Positions 12,350-25,649 of a DNA stretch of 64,000 nt are shown here, piece by piece; positions within the stretch are counted from its first letter, which is position 1; each line of letters starts with the position of its first letter. The position numbers and the translations under genes were made by a program. This stretch comes from Octopus vulgaris. Its lineage: Eukaryota. The notes under the pieces are model-generated. The model was given only the letters and a program-made list of their open reading frames with translations, ran no database searches and was not told the origin of the DNA. The stretch covers positions 40,176,001 to 40,240,000 of the forward strand of contig OX597828.1 of the NCBI GenBank assembly GCA_951406725.2, written 5' to 3'.

Positions 12350-12545
12350 TTCCTTCTGCTACAGATATAAGGCCTGAAATTTGGGGGCAAGGGGCCAGTC
12401 GATTATTTGGATTCCACTGCTCAACTACTACTTATTTTATTGATTCCGGAAGAATGAAAGCGAAAGTTAACTTCAAAGATATTTGAACTCGAAACGTTAA
12501 GCCGGAAGAAATGCCGCTAAGCATTTTGTCCAGAAAGGTAACGCT
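12350..12545 (-). mobile_element. SINE family A, diverged
   Basis: AAGGCCTGAAATTTGGGGG...GAATGAAAGCGAAAGTTAAC...GAAATGCCGCTAAGCATTT. Confidence 0.6.
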
Positions 12546-12579
12546 TCATTTGTAGCATCGTTCATTTAGAAGAAATTAT

Positions 12580-13007
12580 GGATCTTTTCGGTTGGAACGG
12601 CAGTTTTTTCTAGCGGTGTCATATGAAATTGCCACCCATAATTATGACCCTAGTATCGATCTATTGCATTTCAATCTGTTTTAGGGTTAGGGTTAGGGTT
12701 AGGGGTGGGGGGAAAGGTATCTTTTTTTCGTCACAAATGTAAATAAACCCAATCAGTTTCTTAAACGAGGGACATATTCATACGGCACAGAATGTTTTTT
12801 TTACCTCAATGGACGTCATTAATTGGTTGAAATTGCAGAAATTGAAGAAGAAAAAAAACAACAAATATCTTACAAACTATAGAATTTTCTGAATAAGGCC
12901 AAGAGAAAAAGATGTTTTATAAACACATTCTACTAGTATATAGAGTTTAAATTTTTTTAGTTACCTAGAAATTATGTTAAAAACTGCCGTTCAAACCGAA
13001 AAGATCC
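12580..13007. mobile_element. Merlin-like MITE copy 1, with internal (TTAGGG)n
   Basis: TIRs GGATCTTTTCGGTTGGAACGGCAGTTTTT / AAAAACTGCCGTTCAAACCGAAAAGATCC; 8-bp TSD GAAATTAT/CAAATTAA (6/8); GG termini with an 8-bp TSD fit Merlin. Confidence 0.8.
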
Positions 13008-13119
13008 CAAATTAAATATAGTAAAATGCTTGACACTTATAAACAATACTTTTTTTATATATTCTGCCACAGGTTGGTATAGATAAATTATGCAGCGGAG
13101 ATTTAAATCAATGTATTCA

Positions 13120-14460
13120 TACGACGTACTTCGCGAGAAGGCTCATTAATTTTTTTTCTACTATCGACCACTACTCTTTAAAAGAGTTCGGCTAGTCCAT
13201 TCTGCCAGTCCGCCAGGGGTGTCAATGACTCTTGCGACAACATATCCCTTTGAGATTGACTTCCGTTGGAAGTTAATATTTTTTATTTTTACTAGTATCT
13301 TTTACACAATATCGGCCTGGAGTTTGAAATTTGGAATTTTTATTTCTTTTTTACGTCGTCACTTTTATATCCCGACGACTCGTTGCCAGATGTAACGTAA
13401 TATTGTTACCCGAGACTTGTTCGATTTGCACACACAGCACTTGTTTTTTGCTCGAACGGACTTTAGTGCGATTTTTTTAAACCCAAGAAGACATTTCTAA
13501 CTGGTTAACAAACTGCATCCGATATATTGTGAGCAGGGGAATCGAATCCTTACCACATTCTAGCGACGGGACCAACACAGTAATTCGAACAACTATCATT
13601 ACGTCAATTTACGTGTTCGGTGGGAGTTCAACACGGAAGTAACACACCGAATCTTACCGACCTGTAGCAAAACCCTTCAACGACTTCTGCCAACTTGCGG
13701 CCTTTTCACGGGACATGATAGGTATTTTACTGGAAGTACTTTGGCTACTAACACGCAACCTCTACCAGCTTTCACCAACTTCTCGATGTCCCGGTGGATG
13801 CAACATGTTGTACACTGTTACACGTTACCAGTAGCGCCCAAAGCGACCTGACCTTGTTGTGAGGTAGGCATTATGATCCTCTGAGCATACATAAGTACAT
13901 TATTACATATCGAATACAAATTCGAAGCTTACGTCCAACCATACATATTTTTTATCTGTTTCTTTGATCTCCCTATCTTTTCTCATTTTTATGATAAACT
14001 CGTCCGTCTCTGCCTTAATTTTTATTTCCTGGAATGTCACAAACAATTCACGCACAACATTGCACAATATATTTTTTAAATTTCATTTTCGGCTTTTAAC
14101 ACCGCTATCACTGTGTCTTCTAGTGGTTCACTGTATTTTGGTATTAATCTTTACAAACCATCCGCATGTCCCAACTTTTTCGATGGCAAATACTCCATCT
14201 TGAAATCGTAATTCAGTAGGATCGTTCCCCAACGCTGCAATCGATTCGCTGTATGAGTGGGGATACCCTTTTTTATTTTTATCTATTGATCGACAATAAT
14301 GGGCGGTGGTCTGTCCGCAGACGGAACCTTCTTCTAAGTATAAATTTATGTAAATTTTTTTACCGCAAAAATATGATGGCTAATGCCTCTTTTCCTATTT
14401 GACTGTAACTTTTCTCAGCCGGCAATAATGAACGAGTTATTCAGGGATGCTCTTAAATTG
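13120..14460 (-). pseudogene. Gypsy/Ty3 LTR-retrotransposon pol relic (RNase H into integrase)
   Basis: Minus strand EALAIIFAVKK, TDHRPLLSI, KGIPTHTANRLQRWGTILLNYDFKMEYLPSKKLGHADGL*RLIP, DIEKLVK..RGC, NGLAE. Confidence 0.78.
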
Positions 14461-14467
14461 TGCATAT

Positions 14468-14589
14468 TCACATGGTTCCAGGTTCAGTCCCACTGCGTGG
14501 CATCTTGGGCAAGTGTCTTCTGCTATAGCCCCGGGCCGACCAATGCCTTGTGAGTGGATTTGGTAGACGGAAACTGAAAGAAGCCTGTC

Positions 14590-14645
<56 letters not shown>

Positions 14646-14853
14646 TTGTGTGTCTGTGTTTGTCTCCCTAGCATTGCTTGACAACCGATGCTGGTGTGTT
14701 TACGTCCCCGTCACTTAGCGGTTCGGCAAAAGAGACCGATGAATAAGTACTAGGCTTACAAAGAATAAGTCCCGGGGTCGATTTGCTCGACTAAAGGCGG
14801 TGCTCCAGCATGGCCGCAGTCAAATGACTGAAACAAGTAAAAGAGTAAAGAGT
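14468..14853 (+). mobile_element. SINE family B, 5'-truncated
   Basis: Matches family B from CACATGGTTCC to GTAAAAGAGTAAAG. Confidence 0.88.
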
Positions 14854-15139
14854 ATACCTAGTAGTAATTTGCAAGCTCCAAAAATGCTTGTAACGTTGTA
14901 ATATTCGTCGGGAAGGGGAGCATATTTTTTTTATTGCACTCGCCCTAGACGGGTCTGGTCTGCGTCCATTTTCATTAATCTGCCCTGGATATTTTATTCT
15001 TGGCATTAAAAAATTCACTTTTCTTAGTTTTATTCTTTCGAAGACCTTTTTAAAGTACTCAGTAAGCTGACATCGAGATTCACATTTTATGAGTATGAAC
15101 GGGAAGAACGAAGAATAGGAATGACGGCCGCTCGAATCT

Positions 15140-15700
15140 CACACTTCAAGAAGTCGACTGATATTGCCTGTGGAAATGCGTCCTCTGGAAATGTTAGACA
15201 TTCAATATAATACAAAATGAAATTGTATCAGTTTCTTGAGTTAATCCCTGTTACAAAAACTGCTATTAAAGTGTTGCTTCAAATCGCGAAAAAGTTCTTA
15301 AGTGGTGTGGGATTAAAATTTTCTTTGCTTTTGCGACAAATTGAGCTTCAAGCCTCTGCGCCGTTAGTAACTCTCTCTCTCTCTCTCTCTCTCTCTGCAC
15401 GTTAATGCAATTAGATAATCCGAACTAGATTATCATAAAATATATTTGTCATTTAGCACGTTCCCATTGTGCTGAAGATTTGCCTAATACTGACGATCTG
15501 TTAAAAGGAACCTACAACGTGTTCCAAAGATCAACGCTGCGAAAAGAATCTTGAATACCTGGAAATATATAAACCAACTATGATTTTTACCCTTAGCGAA
15601 GTCATGCCGCAGAAAGACTCAAACATCCTCAAAAATGAGAGAAACTACTCAAGAAGATAAATTCTATTCTTGATGAATTAAGGCTTTAAAGGTAAGACTT
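15140..15700 (+). pseudogene. Degraded hAT-type transposase relic
   Basis: KSTDIA (cf. DESTD), FLELIPV..., ICHLARSHCAEDLP..DLLKGTYNVFQRSTLRK; possibly resumes ~16980-17250. Confidence 0.45.
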
Positions 15701-15761
15701 ACAAAACATAATACTACATTATTAGCTAAATTAGAACACTCTAATAGACAATCGTAATCTA

Positions 15762-16617
15762 CAGTGATCCCTCGTTTATCGCGGTAGATTGGTTCCGAGA
15801 CCGGCTGCGATAACTGAATTTCCGCGAAGTAGGGACACCATATTTACAGTATTTATTTAACGTGTATTTGGATATCTAAAAACCCTCCCTGTACTGTTAA
15901 CAACCTACCCATTACAGTTGTCTATTAATAGTTTTATTACTGATTATAGTTTTATTACGAGACGTAACCACTCTCTTCGCCGACTAATTAAAGCTGATGG
16001 CAGGCGTCTTCTTAATGTTAGCCACGTCCTTCTTGATGTAGCAGACGGTGGATTCGTTCACGCTAAAATGGCGTGCTACGGCAGCGAAGGTTCTCCCTTC
16101 CTTCAACATATCCAGAAGTTTCACCTTCCCAGCGATCGTCAGCCATCATTCTTCGTTTGCGTTTAGGCTCAGTACCAGCCTTGGAAGAAGCAGCACGTTT
16201 AGGAGCCATTGCAGGGGATGAAAACGCAAAGTTCAACGCAAAGAAAAAAAAAATCGCACAGCACATCGTAAAGTAGTACAGTAAACCACTCGGCGAGAAA
16301 GCTTGAAGCGAAATGGCCGCGAGAGAGAAACAAGGGAAGATGCTGCTGATCTGAGCATCGGTCAAAGCACCAATCATAGGCCAGATTACAAAATAAAAAG
16401 CTGTGATTCGTCGTTTCTCTCCATTGCACCAATCACTCCCGTCTTAAGTTCAAATACCCCTGAATATGCTTTTTTGTTATTTTACGCTTGTTTTGTTGTT
16501 CCTAGACAAGAAAATAATATTTATTATATTTTGATGGATTTAATGAAAAATTTTAGGTGTTCATATATATTTTAAAAATCCGCGATAGTTGAACCGCGAA
16601 GTAGCGAGGGATCACTG
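15762..16617 (-). mobile_element. Tigger/pogo-family transposon, internally deleted
   Basis: TA|CAGTGATCCCTCG...CGAGGGATCACTG|TA; minus strand from 16209 reads MAPKRAASSKAGTEPKRKRRMM, then after a frameshift TIAGKVKLLDMLKEGRTFAAVARHFSVNESTV (CENP-B-type HTH). Confidence 0.88.
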
Positions 16618-18194
16618 TATTTTCCATATAGCTCAACTTACGTCGGTAACTGGTTTTAAGACATGCGACTTAACTTGAAAACTGATGTAATATGAAAAAA
16701 AAATTATATCCTTATATCTATTTTTATAAATGGCTCGTAATTATTTTTACATGCATTTTATTTGAATTTCCACTTCAGTATTGGCTTTTAGGTAGGTATT
16801 TTTTTTTTCAGCAATTTACTTTTTGATCGCTTAGGCCGACGAATAATCGACTGAAGTTTGCGTAATGTTTTTTCCCTTTAAAAAAAAAAAGACGTAACTC
16901 GAAACTATGTAAATTGAGGTATGACTTATATATAATTTACTCGTGCAAATTTTTCCTTTGGGGTTAGTTTCTTCTACTTCTTGAAAAAAAATGTATTAGG
17001 TTTTATGAAGCTGATCTGACAATCTTGAAGTCATCCTGATTAATTTACACGGGAGATGTCTTTAATTAGGAAAAGTCAAGTAACTTGCTATCACACTTAA
17101 AACATTTGGTTCTTATTACGCGCTGTCAGAAGAATTATATAGATTATCAAAATATATTCTCCGAGATTTTAATGAAGACTGACACTATAAAAAAATTCTT
17201 GTGAGAAAGTTACCATAGAAATTTTACAAGGTAGATACAACTAAGACCAATAATAAATGTATATTGTTGTATGTTAATAGTGTATTTTAATAAATCTACC
17301 GTGAAGCGCCCAAACAATATAGCTATGTTCTATATAATAGTGTGCGTTTTAACCAAGATGAGTAGGTATTCGTATAAAACTTTAATTTATTGAGACAAAA
17401 GTTGGCGGATTTTCGGAATAACTATCAGTACCTTAAGAGAAAGGGAAAAGGACAAAGAACTGGCAGTTATTCTTCCATTTTTTTTAGTACTCTTGTGTTA
17501 CATAGTACAAATTAAAGTATAAAAGAATTTTTTTTTGTACAAAAAATTTCAATTTTTTTTTTAATATCCCCACCGCCACCTATTCCGTGCTCTTTTCCCT
17601 TCTCCATGAGGTAATAACCGCTATTCAGAAACTCCGCCCAAAAGTTAGTAACATTAAATTTCTTTGTGTTCACTGTGCGTAATATATGATAGACTTATTC
17701 CTGTGAGACTAAATCTGAAAGAATGCCGTAATGGAATATATTTGTTCTCCTCCCCACCCCATGAAGATTGGTACTTTAAATTAAGGATAAAATGTCTCTT
17801 GGTTGAACAAATTGTGATATTTGTAGTTCACAAGGAAATGCTTGGTGCTGATCTGAAAACATTTGTGGTTGCTGGGAAAATATTTAGAGTTCAACAGAAC
17901 ACATTTTCCTGCCAACACAAATTCCACAGACTCATCAACGAAATAGCGTTAAAAGTTATCTCTATTTGTCTATTTCCTATGTCACTAATTTGATAGGTGA
18001 ATTATACCAAACCACACCCAAAAGCATTTGAGGCAACGCCACATTCTGGCCGTTAAATGGCAAGCGACTGTTATAAAGTCATTTGTATTTCGAATTAAAA
18101 TACAAACCTAAAAATGATTTTGAAAGGAAAAAACAGCTACATCCATTTCACAGCAACTACGTCGAAATGTAAATCCACACACACTCACTCATGT

Positions 18195-18750
18195 AGGTAC
18201 AGTATGGCCTAATAATTAAGAAGTTCGGATCTTTTCGGTTTGAACAGCAGTTTTTTTTAGCGGTGTCATATGAAATTGTCACCCATAATTATGACCCTAG
18301 TATCGATCTATTGCATTTCAATCTCTTTTAGGGTTAGGGGTGGGGGAAAGGGTATCTTTTTTTCTTCACAAATGTAAATAAACGCAATCTGTTTCTTAAA
18401 CGAGGGACATATTCATACGGCACAGAATGTTTTTTTTACCTCAATGGAAGTCATTGATTGGTTGAAAATGCAGAAATTGAAGAAAAAAACAACAAATATC
18501 TTATAAACTATAGAATTTTCTCAATAAAGTCAAGAGAAAAAGATGTTTTATAAACACATTCTACCAGTATACGAAGTTTAAAATTTTTTAGTTACCTAGA
18601 AATTATGTTAAAAACTGCCGTTCAAACCGAAAAGATCCAGAAGTTCGCTTTGCAACTATGACTTCATAGTTCGTTCCGACTACTTAGCATCTTGTGCAAA
18701 TATCATTTTTCTGTAGTCTCAGGTAAATGGAAACTGTACAGAAGCCCGTC
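18195..18750 (+). mobile_element. Old SINE family B copy split by Merlin-like MITE copy 2
   Basis: GTATGGCCTAATAATTAAGAAGTTC|MITE|AGAAGTTCGCTTTGCAAC...GGAAACTGTACAGAAGCCCGTC. Confidence 0.6.
18227..18638. mobile_element. Merlin-like MITE copy 2
   Basis: Same TIRs; perfect 8-bp TSD AGAAGTTC at 18219-18226 and 18639-18646. Confidence 0.85.
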
Positions 18751-18904
18751 AAAAGCTATAACCTAGGCACACTTTTGTCGCGCTCATTCTCCCCGAGACC
18801 TGCATTAAAGGTACACGTGTCTGTATGACGCTCAGCTACCTGGGCGTTAATTAAGGAGCAGGTAATTCAGTTGATCGGAAAGACAAAACCAACCAACGAC
18901 CCAT

Positions 18905-19235
18905 CAATACACACACACATATACACACATACACACACACATACGCATATACACATACACACACATAGACACGCGCACACATAAACACGCACACAGACAC
19001 ACACACAGACACGCACACAGACACACACACACAGACACACACACGCACAGACACACACGCACACACACGCACACGCACACAGACGCACCCAGACACACAC
19101 GCACAGACACGCGCACACACATACACACACACACGCACACAGACACGCACACAGATACGTACACACACAGACACACATAGACACGCACACACAAACAGAC
19201 ACACACACACACACACATACATACATGCACACAAG
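18905..19235. repeat. Degenerate (CA)n-based compound microsatellite
   Basis: ACAC with periodic AGAC/GCAC/ATAC variants. Confidence 0.9.
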
Positions 19236-19261
19236 CGCTTACTCGTGTAATCAATAAAAAG

Positions 19262-19590
19262 TAGCACTCCATCGGTTACAAGGACGAAGGTTCCAGTTAA
19301 TTCGATCAACGGGACAGCCGGCTTGTGAAAATAGCGTGCAAGTGGCTGAGTACTCCACAGACACGCGTACCCTTAACGCAGTTCTCCGAGAAATTCAACG
19401 TAACACACAGGATGTGACAAGGCTGACCCCCTGTTTTTTTTTTTTAATTACAGGTGCTACTCATTTTTGCCAGCTGAGTGAGCTGTAGCAACGTGAAATA
19501 GTCTTACTCAAGGGTACTACATCCCACCGGGTGTCGAACTCACGGCCTTACGATCGTGAGCCGAATTACTCCCTACTGAGCCAAGCGTAT
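19262..19590 (-). mobile_element. SINE family C, diverged subfamily
   Basis: Shares AGCACTCC.TCGGTTAC...CTCCACAGACACG.GTACCCTTAACG with copies at 28516 and 31592; different middle segment. Confidence 0.7.
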
Positions 19591-19608
19591 TCACTGTAAT
19601 CAGTAGAG

Positions 19609-19787
19609 CAGTGCTTTTCAACATTTTTGCTGGAGCGGAACCCCAAGGAAACATTCCACTGGCTCGAGGAACCCCTGTGCAATAATTTAATAGTCTTATG
19701 CACACATATCTGCACAGGAGAATTAAAAATTACTGCCGATTTTAGCAGTTTTGTAACTTCTTGCGGAACCCTGGTTGAAAACCACTG
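19609..19787. mobile_element. hAT (Charlie-like) MITE
   Basis: TIRs CAGTGCTTTTCAAC / GTTGAAAACCACTG; perfect 8-bp TSD CAGTAGAG at 19601-19608 and 19788-19795. Confidence 0.88.
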
Positions 19788-19958
19788 CAGTAGAGAAAAG
19801 ATAGCGACTATGAGCTTTTCAGCCTCCCTCCTCCCTTTGTGATTGATGAAAAGGAAAGGAGGAAGTTGTCAGATCAGAAACCCTTCAAGATTACTAGAGT
19901 GAACACTGTCAAAAGCCTTCAATAACACATAACAGGGGAAGGGGACAAATGCGTGCAT

Positions 19959-19991
<33 letters not shown>

Positions 19992-22494
19992 AACGACGGG
20001 CTTCCTTCAGTTTCTGTCTACCTAATCGACTTACAAGGCTTTGGTTACCCCGAGTTTATATGTGTTCTCTTTACATGACCCTGTCTTATTGTCCAATATA
20101 TTAACACTGAGTTCAAAATCTTAGAAGCGACTCTTGCAGCATTACAATTGTCTTTCTGTCTACGAAGCAGTGGTTTTATCTATGAAGAATGACGAATTTC
20201 ATTTCATCATCTTCCTCATCGTCGTCATCTTTGTTATTCTAAAGGCTAAGTCTCCCCATTTTTTTATTATTACTTTTCGTTGTGGTTCGCTTTCTTTTGG
20301 GGGAATGAAACACTTTTTTTCTTCTTCGCATTTTCTCCGGCAGCTTGGAGTTCTATTTCCGTTATTATCTGACCATCACAAAACGATGGTGATGCTATTG
20401 ATTTTAGTTATGCTAGGGAGGCGAGGTACCTGGTTATTTGCGGAATCGAGCAGGAGTTAATTTCCTCAGCCATCTTTGAACTAGAAGAGTGTTTTGTCAT
20501 CGTTCACATTTGAAACTGAGAACGAAGCGGATTTTCCGGCTATTCCCGGATATGCGACAAGCAATTCTCGGATATGGTATGGATGGTGATACTACCGGAA
20601 CAACACTCTTCGTACCCTACTCGATCTTTTTATGTTTTCCAATTCCACTGGGCACGAAACCATCATATTCCTTTTGCTGCCATGAGTAAAACAATTTTGC
20701 TTCCTGCTCTGCACCTTCAGTTGTACAATGAGGTACAGTTTCAGAATGGTCTTTTGGCCCGAGCAGTCATAAGGATTTTCTAGTTTAGGCTGACCCTTCC
20801 GATCAAGTATCATTTCTCGCTACATCATTCGTTCATACTGTTTTACAAAAGCAATAACAAGCTAAGGATTCAAACCGTAACTCTTGTATTGCACAACCCC
20901 ATGCAGTTGGCTACAAAGCTTGTGGGTGGTTGTTTCACGTACAATTTCTGCTTGCCTATGACACTCGCCCTTTGTTTCGGAAGTCGAGGCAAACGGTTCC
21001 GTGTACTTTGTACATCACTATGTATAAGACATATCATCAGCTAGCATCTCCCTTAATTGGTTTTGAAAATGTAAAGAAAGGCTCCACTATTTCTGAGATG
21101 AAGGTAGGTCAGTTTTCTCTTGGCCCGATTCTGAATTCTTTGAGTAAAGATACGCAATTTCTTTTGAACACATTTTTGTTGCCAGTACACTTCACACTGT
21201 GCATTCTTTATTGTTTAAAGATTCAACACCGGAGGCAGCCGGGGTAAAACTGTCATGTATGGAATTATTGTTCAACTACATTTGCGTTAACGTGTCAATG
21301 CTGTTATTGTTGCCATTAAACAAGTTATTAGAATGCCCCACCACAAAAAAAAAAAAAGGAGGAAAAACAAACTATTTTATCTTACTTTGAAGTGCAAAAT
21401 TTTCTGTGAATACAAAGTGCAAAACAGTTTTGTTCGTTATTCTGCCTCGCAGTGATAAGATCCCACCTTTTTATTTTGGTTGGGTATTTTCTTGAAGCTA
21501 ATGCAAATCCAGTCGAACTAAAACGAAGTTCAAAATGTCAAGGAAAATGGAAGGGTGAGGGTAGTTAATAAAATAAAGTAAAGCTTCCCTTGTAAAATAT
21601 TTTTACATGACGCAAACAAGTTAAAATGATACCCAATTTCTGAAAAATTCTTGGAAAATGCAGTAATCCGAAAACAGTAAGAACCGGGGTAAACACATCT
21701 GCACTGTTTGTAAATACTACCACCGCTACCAATAAAATCATCATCACCATCGTTATCACTGATAACATCTCAAACTAACACACTGCTAACCTCACTGAAC
21801 CTACCTATCTACCTACGAGAGCTTTCTCAATGATCTGACATACGATATTTCCGCAGACATAACAGATTAAAATTCTGTATTTGTTGATGGAAAAAACATA
21901 AAGTCTCCGCATATCTTTGATGTTAATGAAGATTTCTTTGGAATATTTTTCAAGCTTTCAGTAAGTAGACGACGTGGTGATGATCTATACGGGGGCCTTT
22001 TAATTCATAATCGTTTAGGTATAGAGACTCTATCAAATGGAAAGTTGCCAAGTTGAAGAACTACAAGATACACACAAATTTGAAAATAAAATTTAAAAAT
22101 ATATAATGGGTATAAGTACTTTTTTTTTTGTTGTTGTTGCTATTAACCGTTTCTTCATTTTTGTCTAAGAAAACTGTAAATGAAGTTACGTCCTTCCCTC
22201 TCTCTAGTTAAAAGATATATTATTCAGCATTTTCTAACAAACAAATTAAAAATTTTTTCGAGTAAACAATTTTCGTGATGGATAAATAAATATATAAAAA
22301 ATTGTTACATTAATCAATTGCCATTTTGTAGTTTGGCTAATCTATTACAGATCACTAATGTTTAAGCAGGATGGACATGAAGAGAAAAAAACCCTTTTAA
22401 GACCGAAGGGATTGTTCATGTTCTAGTTGCTGCAAGATTTCATTTAAGATTAATCGATTGATTTTCTTTGCGTATGTGCAACACACACACACAA

Positions 22495-22871
22495 TGTGGC
22501 TGTATGATTAGAAACTTGCTTTTCAACCACGTGGTTCCGGGTTCAGTCCCAGTGCGTAGCACTTGGGCCAGTGTCTTCTATAACCCCGGGGCGACCAAAG
22601 CCATGTGAGTAGATTAGGTGGACGGAAACGGAAAGAAGCCCGTCGTATACACATGATATACATCTCTGTATCTCTGCGCTTGTCGTCCCATCACCATCAC
22701 CACTTGACAACCGGTGATAGTGTGTTTACATCCCCATAACTTACTAGTTCAGCAAAACGGCCAATAGAATAAGTACCAGGCTTTAAAAAATTAGTACTTG
22801 GGTCGATTCGTTCGACTAAAAGCCCTTCAAGGCAGTGCCTCGGCATGACCACAGTCCAATGATTGAAGCAA

Positions 22872-22872
<1 letters not shown>
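22495..22872 (+). mobile_element. SINE family B, diverged
   Basis: GTGGCTGTATGATTAG...GGTTCAGTCCC...GGCATGACCACAGTC. Confidence 0.8.
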
Positions 22873-22936
<64 letters not shown>

Positions 22937-23459
22937 TCTATGAGATGAAACAAAAATGAGCTCAGAGAAATAACTCGGGGGGTGGGGGGCAGTGCATATA
23001 ATTGAACATCAATAAGAGTATATTAACCTACCAACAATTAGTTTTGGTATTTTCTGCAAGTTCCGTTGCCACAGTAAATTTGACAAACCTCAACAAAAAA
23101 AAGTATTAAACATGACATTTCTCAACAAAGTAAACCCGTAAATAAAACTGTCCTCGGTAGTTAAGGAATATGAAATTTTGAGTGGATTAGATATATCTGA
23201 TTTCTGCTGTAAAAGTGTTTAAATACTATACAAAATAGAATTTTTAACTTGCTGAAATTATCTCCCATTCCAAAGAAAGTAGAACAATGGCTTGGTAGCA
23301 ATTGGGACCAACTCCAAATGAGAGAGTCAGGTAATCTCAATAAATCAAGAATCTATCTTCGATTGGGCGTGAATAATATCGTAATTCAATGTTATTTATA
23401 GAAATTTCAATAACATAACATTTTACTTTTAGGGAAATTCGACTCTTAAACTATGTACA

Positions 23460-24060
23460 CATACACGCGCAAATGATAGGTTTCTTTCACTTTTCGTTTC
23501 GAAAATCTTCTCCTTACGGCTTTGGTCGGCTCGAGGTCTTGATAGAAGACAACCAAGGTGTCACACAGTGGGACTGAACCCGGAACTATGTAGTTGGGAA
23601 ACAATTTTCGGATATTTTCGGTTTGAACGGCAGTTTTTTCTAGCAGTGTCATATGAAATTGTCACCCATAATTATGACCCTAGAATCGATCTATTGCATT
23701 TCAATCTGTTTTAGGGTTAGGGTTAGTTAGGGTTAGGGGTGGGGGAAGGGTATTTTTTTCTTCACAAATGTAAATAAACCCAATCTGTTTCTTAAACGAG
23801 GGACATATTCATACGGCACAGAATGCTTTTTTAACTCAATAGACGTCACTGATTGGTTGAAATTGCAGAAATTGAAGAAAAAAAACAACAAATATCTTAC
23901 AAAATATAGAATTTTCTCAATAAAGGCAAGAGATAAAGATGTTTTATAAACACATTCTACCAGTATACGAAGTTTAAAATTTTTTAATTACCTAAAAATT
24001 ATGTTAAAAACTGCCGTTCAAACCGAAAAGATCCCAATTTTCTAACCACACAATCAATCC
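23460..24060 (-). mobile_element. SINE family B (minus) split by Merlin-like MITE copy 3
   Basis: GGGACTGAACCCGGAACTATGTAGTTGGGAAACAATTTTC|MITE|CAATTTTCTAACCACACAATC. Confidence 0.75.
23610..24034. mobile_element. Merlin-like MITE copy 3
   Basis: Same TIRs; perfect 8-bp TSD CAATTTTC at 23602-23609 and 24035-24042. Confidence 0.85.
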
Positions 24061-25256
24061 TGCAACTATATATAAATTTTGCCGGTGCCCTTTCTAAATC
24101 TTTACGCGTCTTAGTTATAATGCTGTCATAAGAAGTTAGACCAAGAAGCTAATATACGAGATGTATTGGAAGAATAACCCCAGGAACAAAGTATAAACCT
24201 TTGGCAGTGATGAAAGATTGGTACTTATTTTCTGGTTATCTCTGCCTACGTGTTGATCAGTTTTAGCCAATCAGAAAAACAGACACTGATGCGTAAGAGC
24301 AAAGAAAGAATTTTTTTTAAATGAATATCAAAGCAAAGTAAAAATTAACGATTTTTTTTTTATATATATTATCTCATAGCCACGGAATTTGTAGTGGGGT
24401 AGCCAGTTCTTTATTATCGATCGTAGTTGAATCTAAGGCAATGGTTCTCGAACTGAAAAATTTCAGTACCCCAGCCCGAATATTAATGAATATGTTTTTA
24501 CCCTACTTCCTATACGCACACCTTTATGCATGCGAAGACAAAACAGTTTGCAATCATATCATTCTTCCTTTTGGTTATGGTGCTGGACAAAGTTTAAACA
24601 TTACAAAATCTTCTGAATTTTATTAGACATATTAATTTGTCCGTTCATTTTTCATTTCTCACAGCCTCTATCTATCCTCTTGTGAAAGACTGATCTAAGG
24701 CAAAGTCGACCCCATGGGATTTCAAATTGGAACATTAAGGGATGCAATTTAATACTTAGCATTCTAGCATTATCGTTTGTACACTTCAACCCTATCCAAC
24801 GTTACTCCACTAACAACAAATTTTTAAACAGATAACTTCTGAAGTAGACACAAGATCTGAAAATTCGAAGAAGATTCGGAGAAGTGGGTAGTGGGAAATT
24901 CCAACCGGTCGTATGATTTTTAACTGGTGCTTATTTTATCAGCATCGTTGAAAGATGGTGGATCAACCTCGGTAGAATTTGAACTGCAGAAGTAAAGGGA
25001 AAAAAACAAAAAAAAACTGCGCTCTATCAATTCTACCATCCATCGCAATTAAATGAATAAAGGTAACAATAAAAATATAGAAAATTAAAAAAGAAACCTT
25101 TGGAATTTATTAGTTAGAAAACTGAAACTAATCAGTGTCTTGCTAAAACATGTGCATCCACGTAGGCAGGTATTCGTTCCGGCTCCCTGAGTACAAGTAA
25201 TACTGAAATCAACTTTGCCTTCATTTCACGGTCGATATATATGTGTGTGTATATAT

Positions 25257-25649
25257 TTTCTACTCTAGGCACAAGGCCCGAAATTTTGGGGGAGAGAGTC
25301 AGTCGATTAGATCGACCCCGGTGCGTAACTGGTACTTAATTTATCGACCCTGAAAGGATGAAAAGCAAAGTCTACCTCAGCGGTATTTGAACTCAGAACG
25401 TAAAGACAGACGAAATACCTATTACTTTACTACCTACAAGGGGCTAAACACAGAAGGGACAAACAAGGACAGACAAACGGATTAAGTCGATTATATCGAC
25501 CCCAGTGCGTAACTGGTACTTATTTAATCGACCCCGAAAGGATGAAAGGCAAAGTCGACCTCGGCGGAATTTGAAATCAGAACGTAACGGCAGACGAAAT
25601 ACCGCAAAGCATTTCGCTCGGTGTACTAACGATTCTGCCAGCTCGCCGC
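25257..25649 (-). mobile_element. SINE family A, dimeric
   Basis: Two bodies joined at CAGACGAAATACCTATTACTTTAC, the same junction type as 3805-4225; the distal unit has a different 3' tail. Confidence 0.85.

Noticed and set aside
12680-12705. Chromosome end or fusion scar
   Set aside because: The TTAGGG units are internal to a repeated MITE.
18851-19309. Cys/Val-rich ORFs here and at ~52.5-54 kb and ~59.6-60.1 kb
   Set aside because: Translations of (TG)n/(TA)n microsatellites.
20100-21260. Coding-like unique block
   Set aside because: Many stops in all frames and no family motif I can name; probably a decayed TE.
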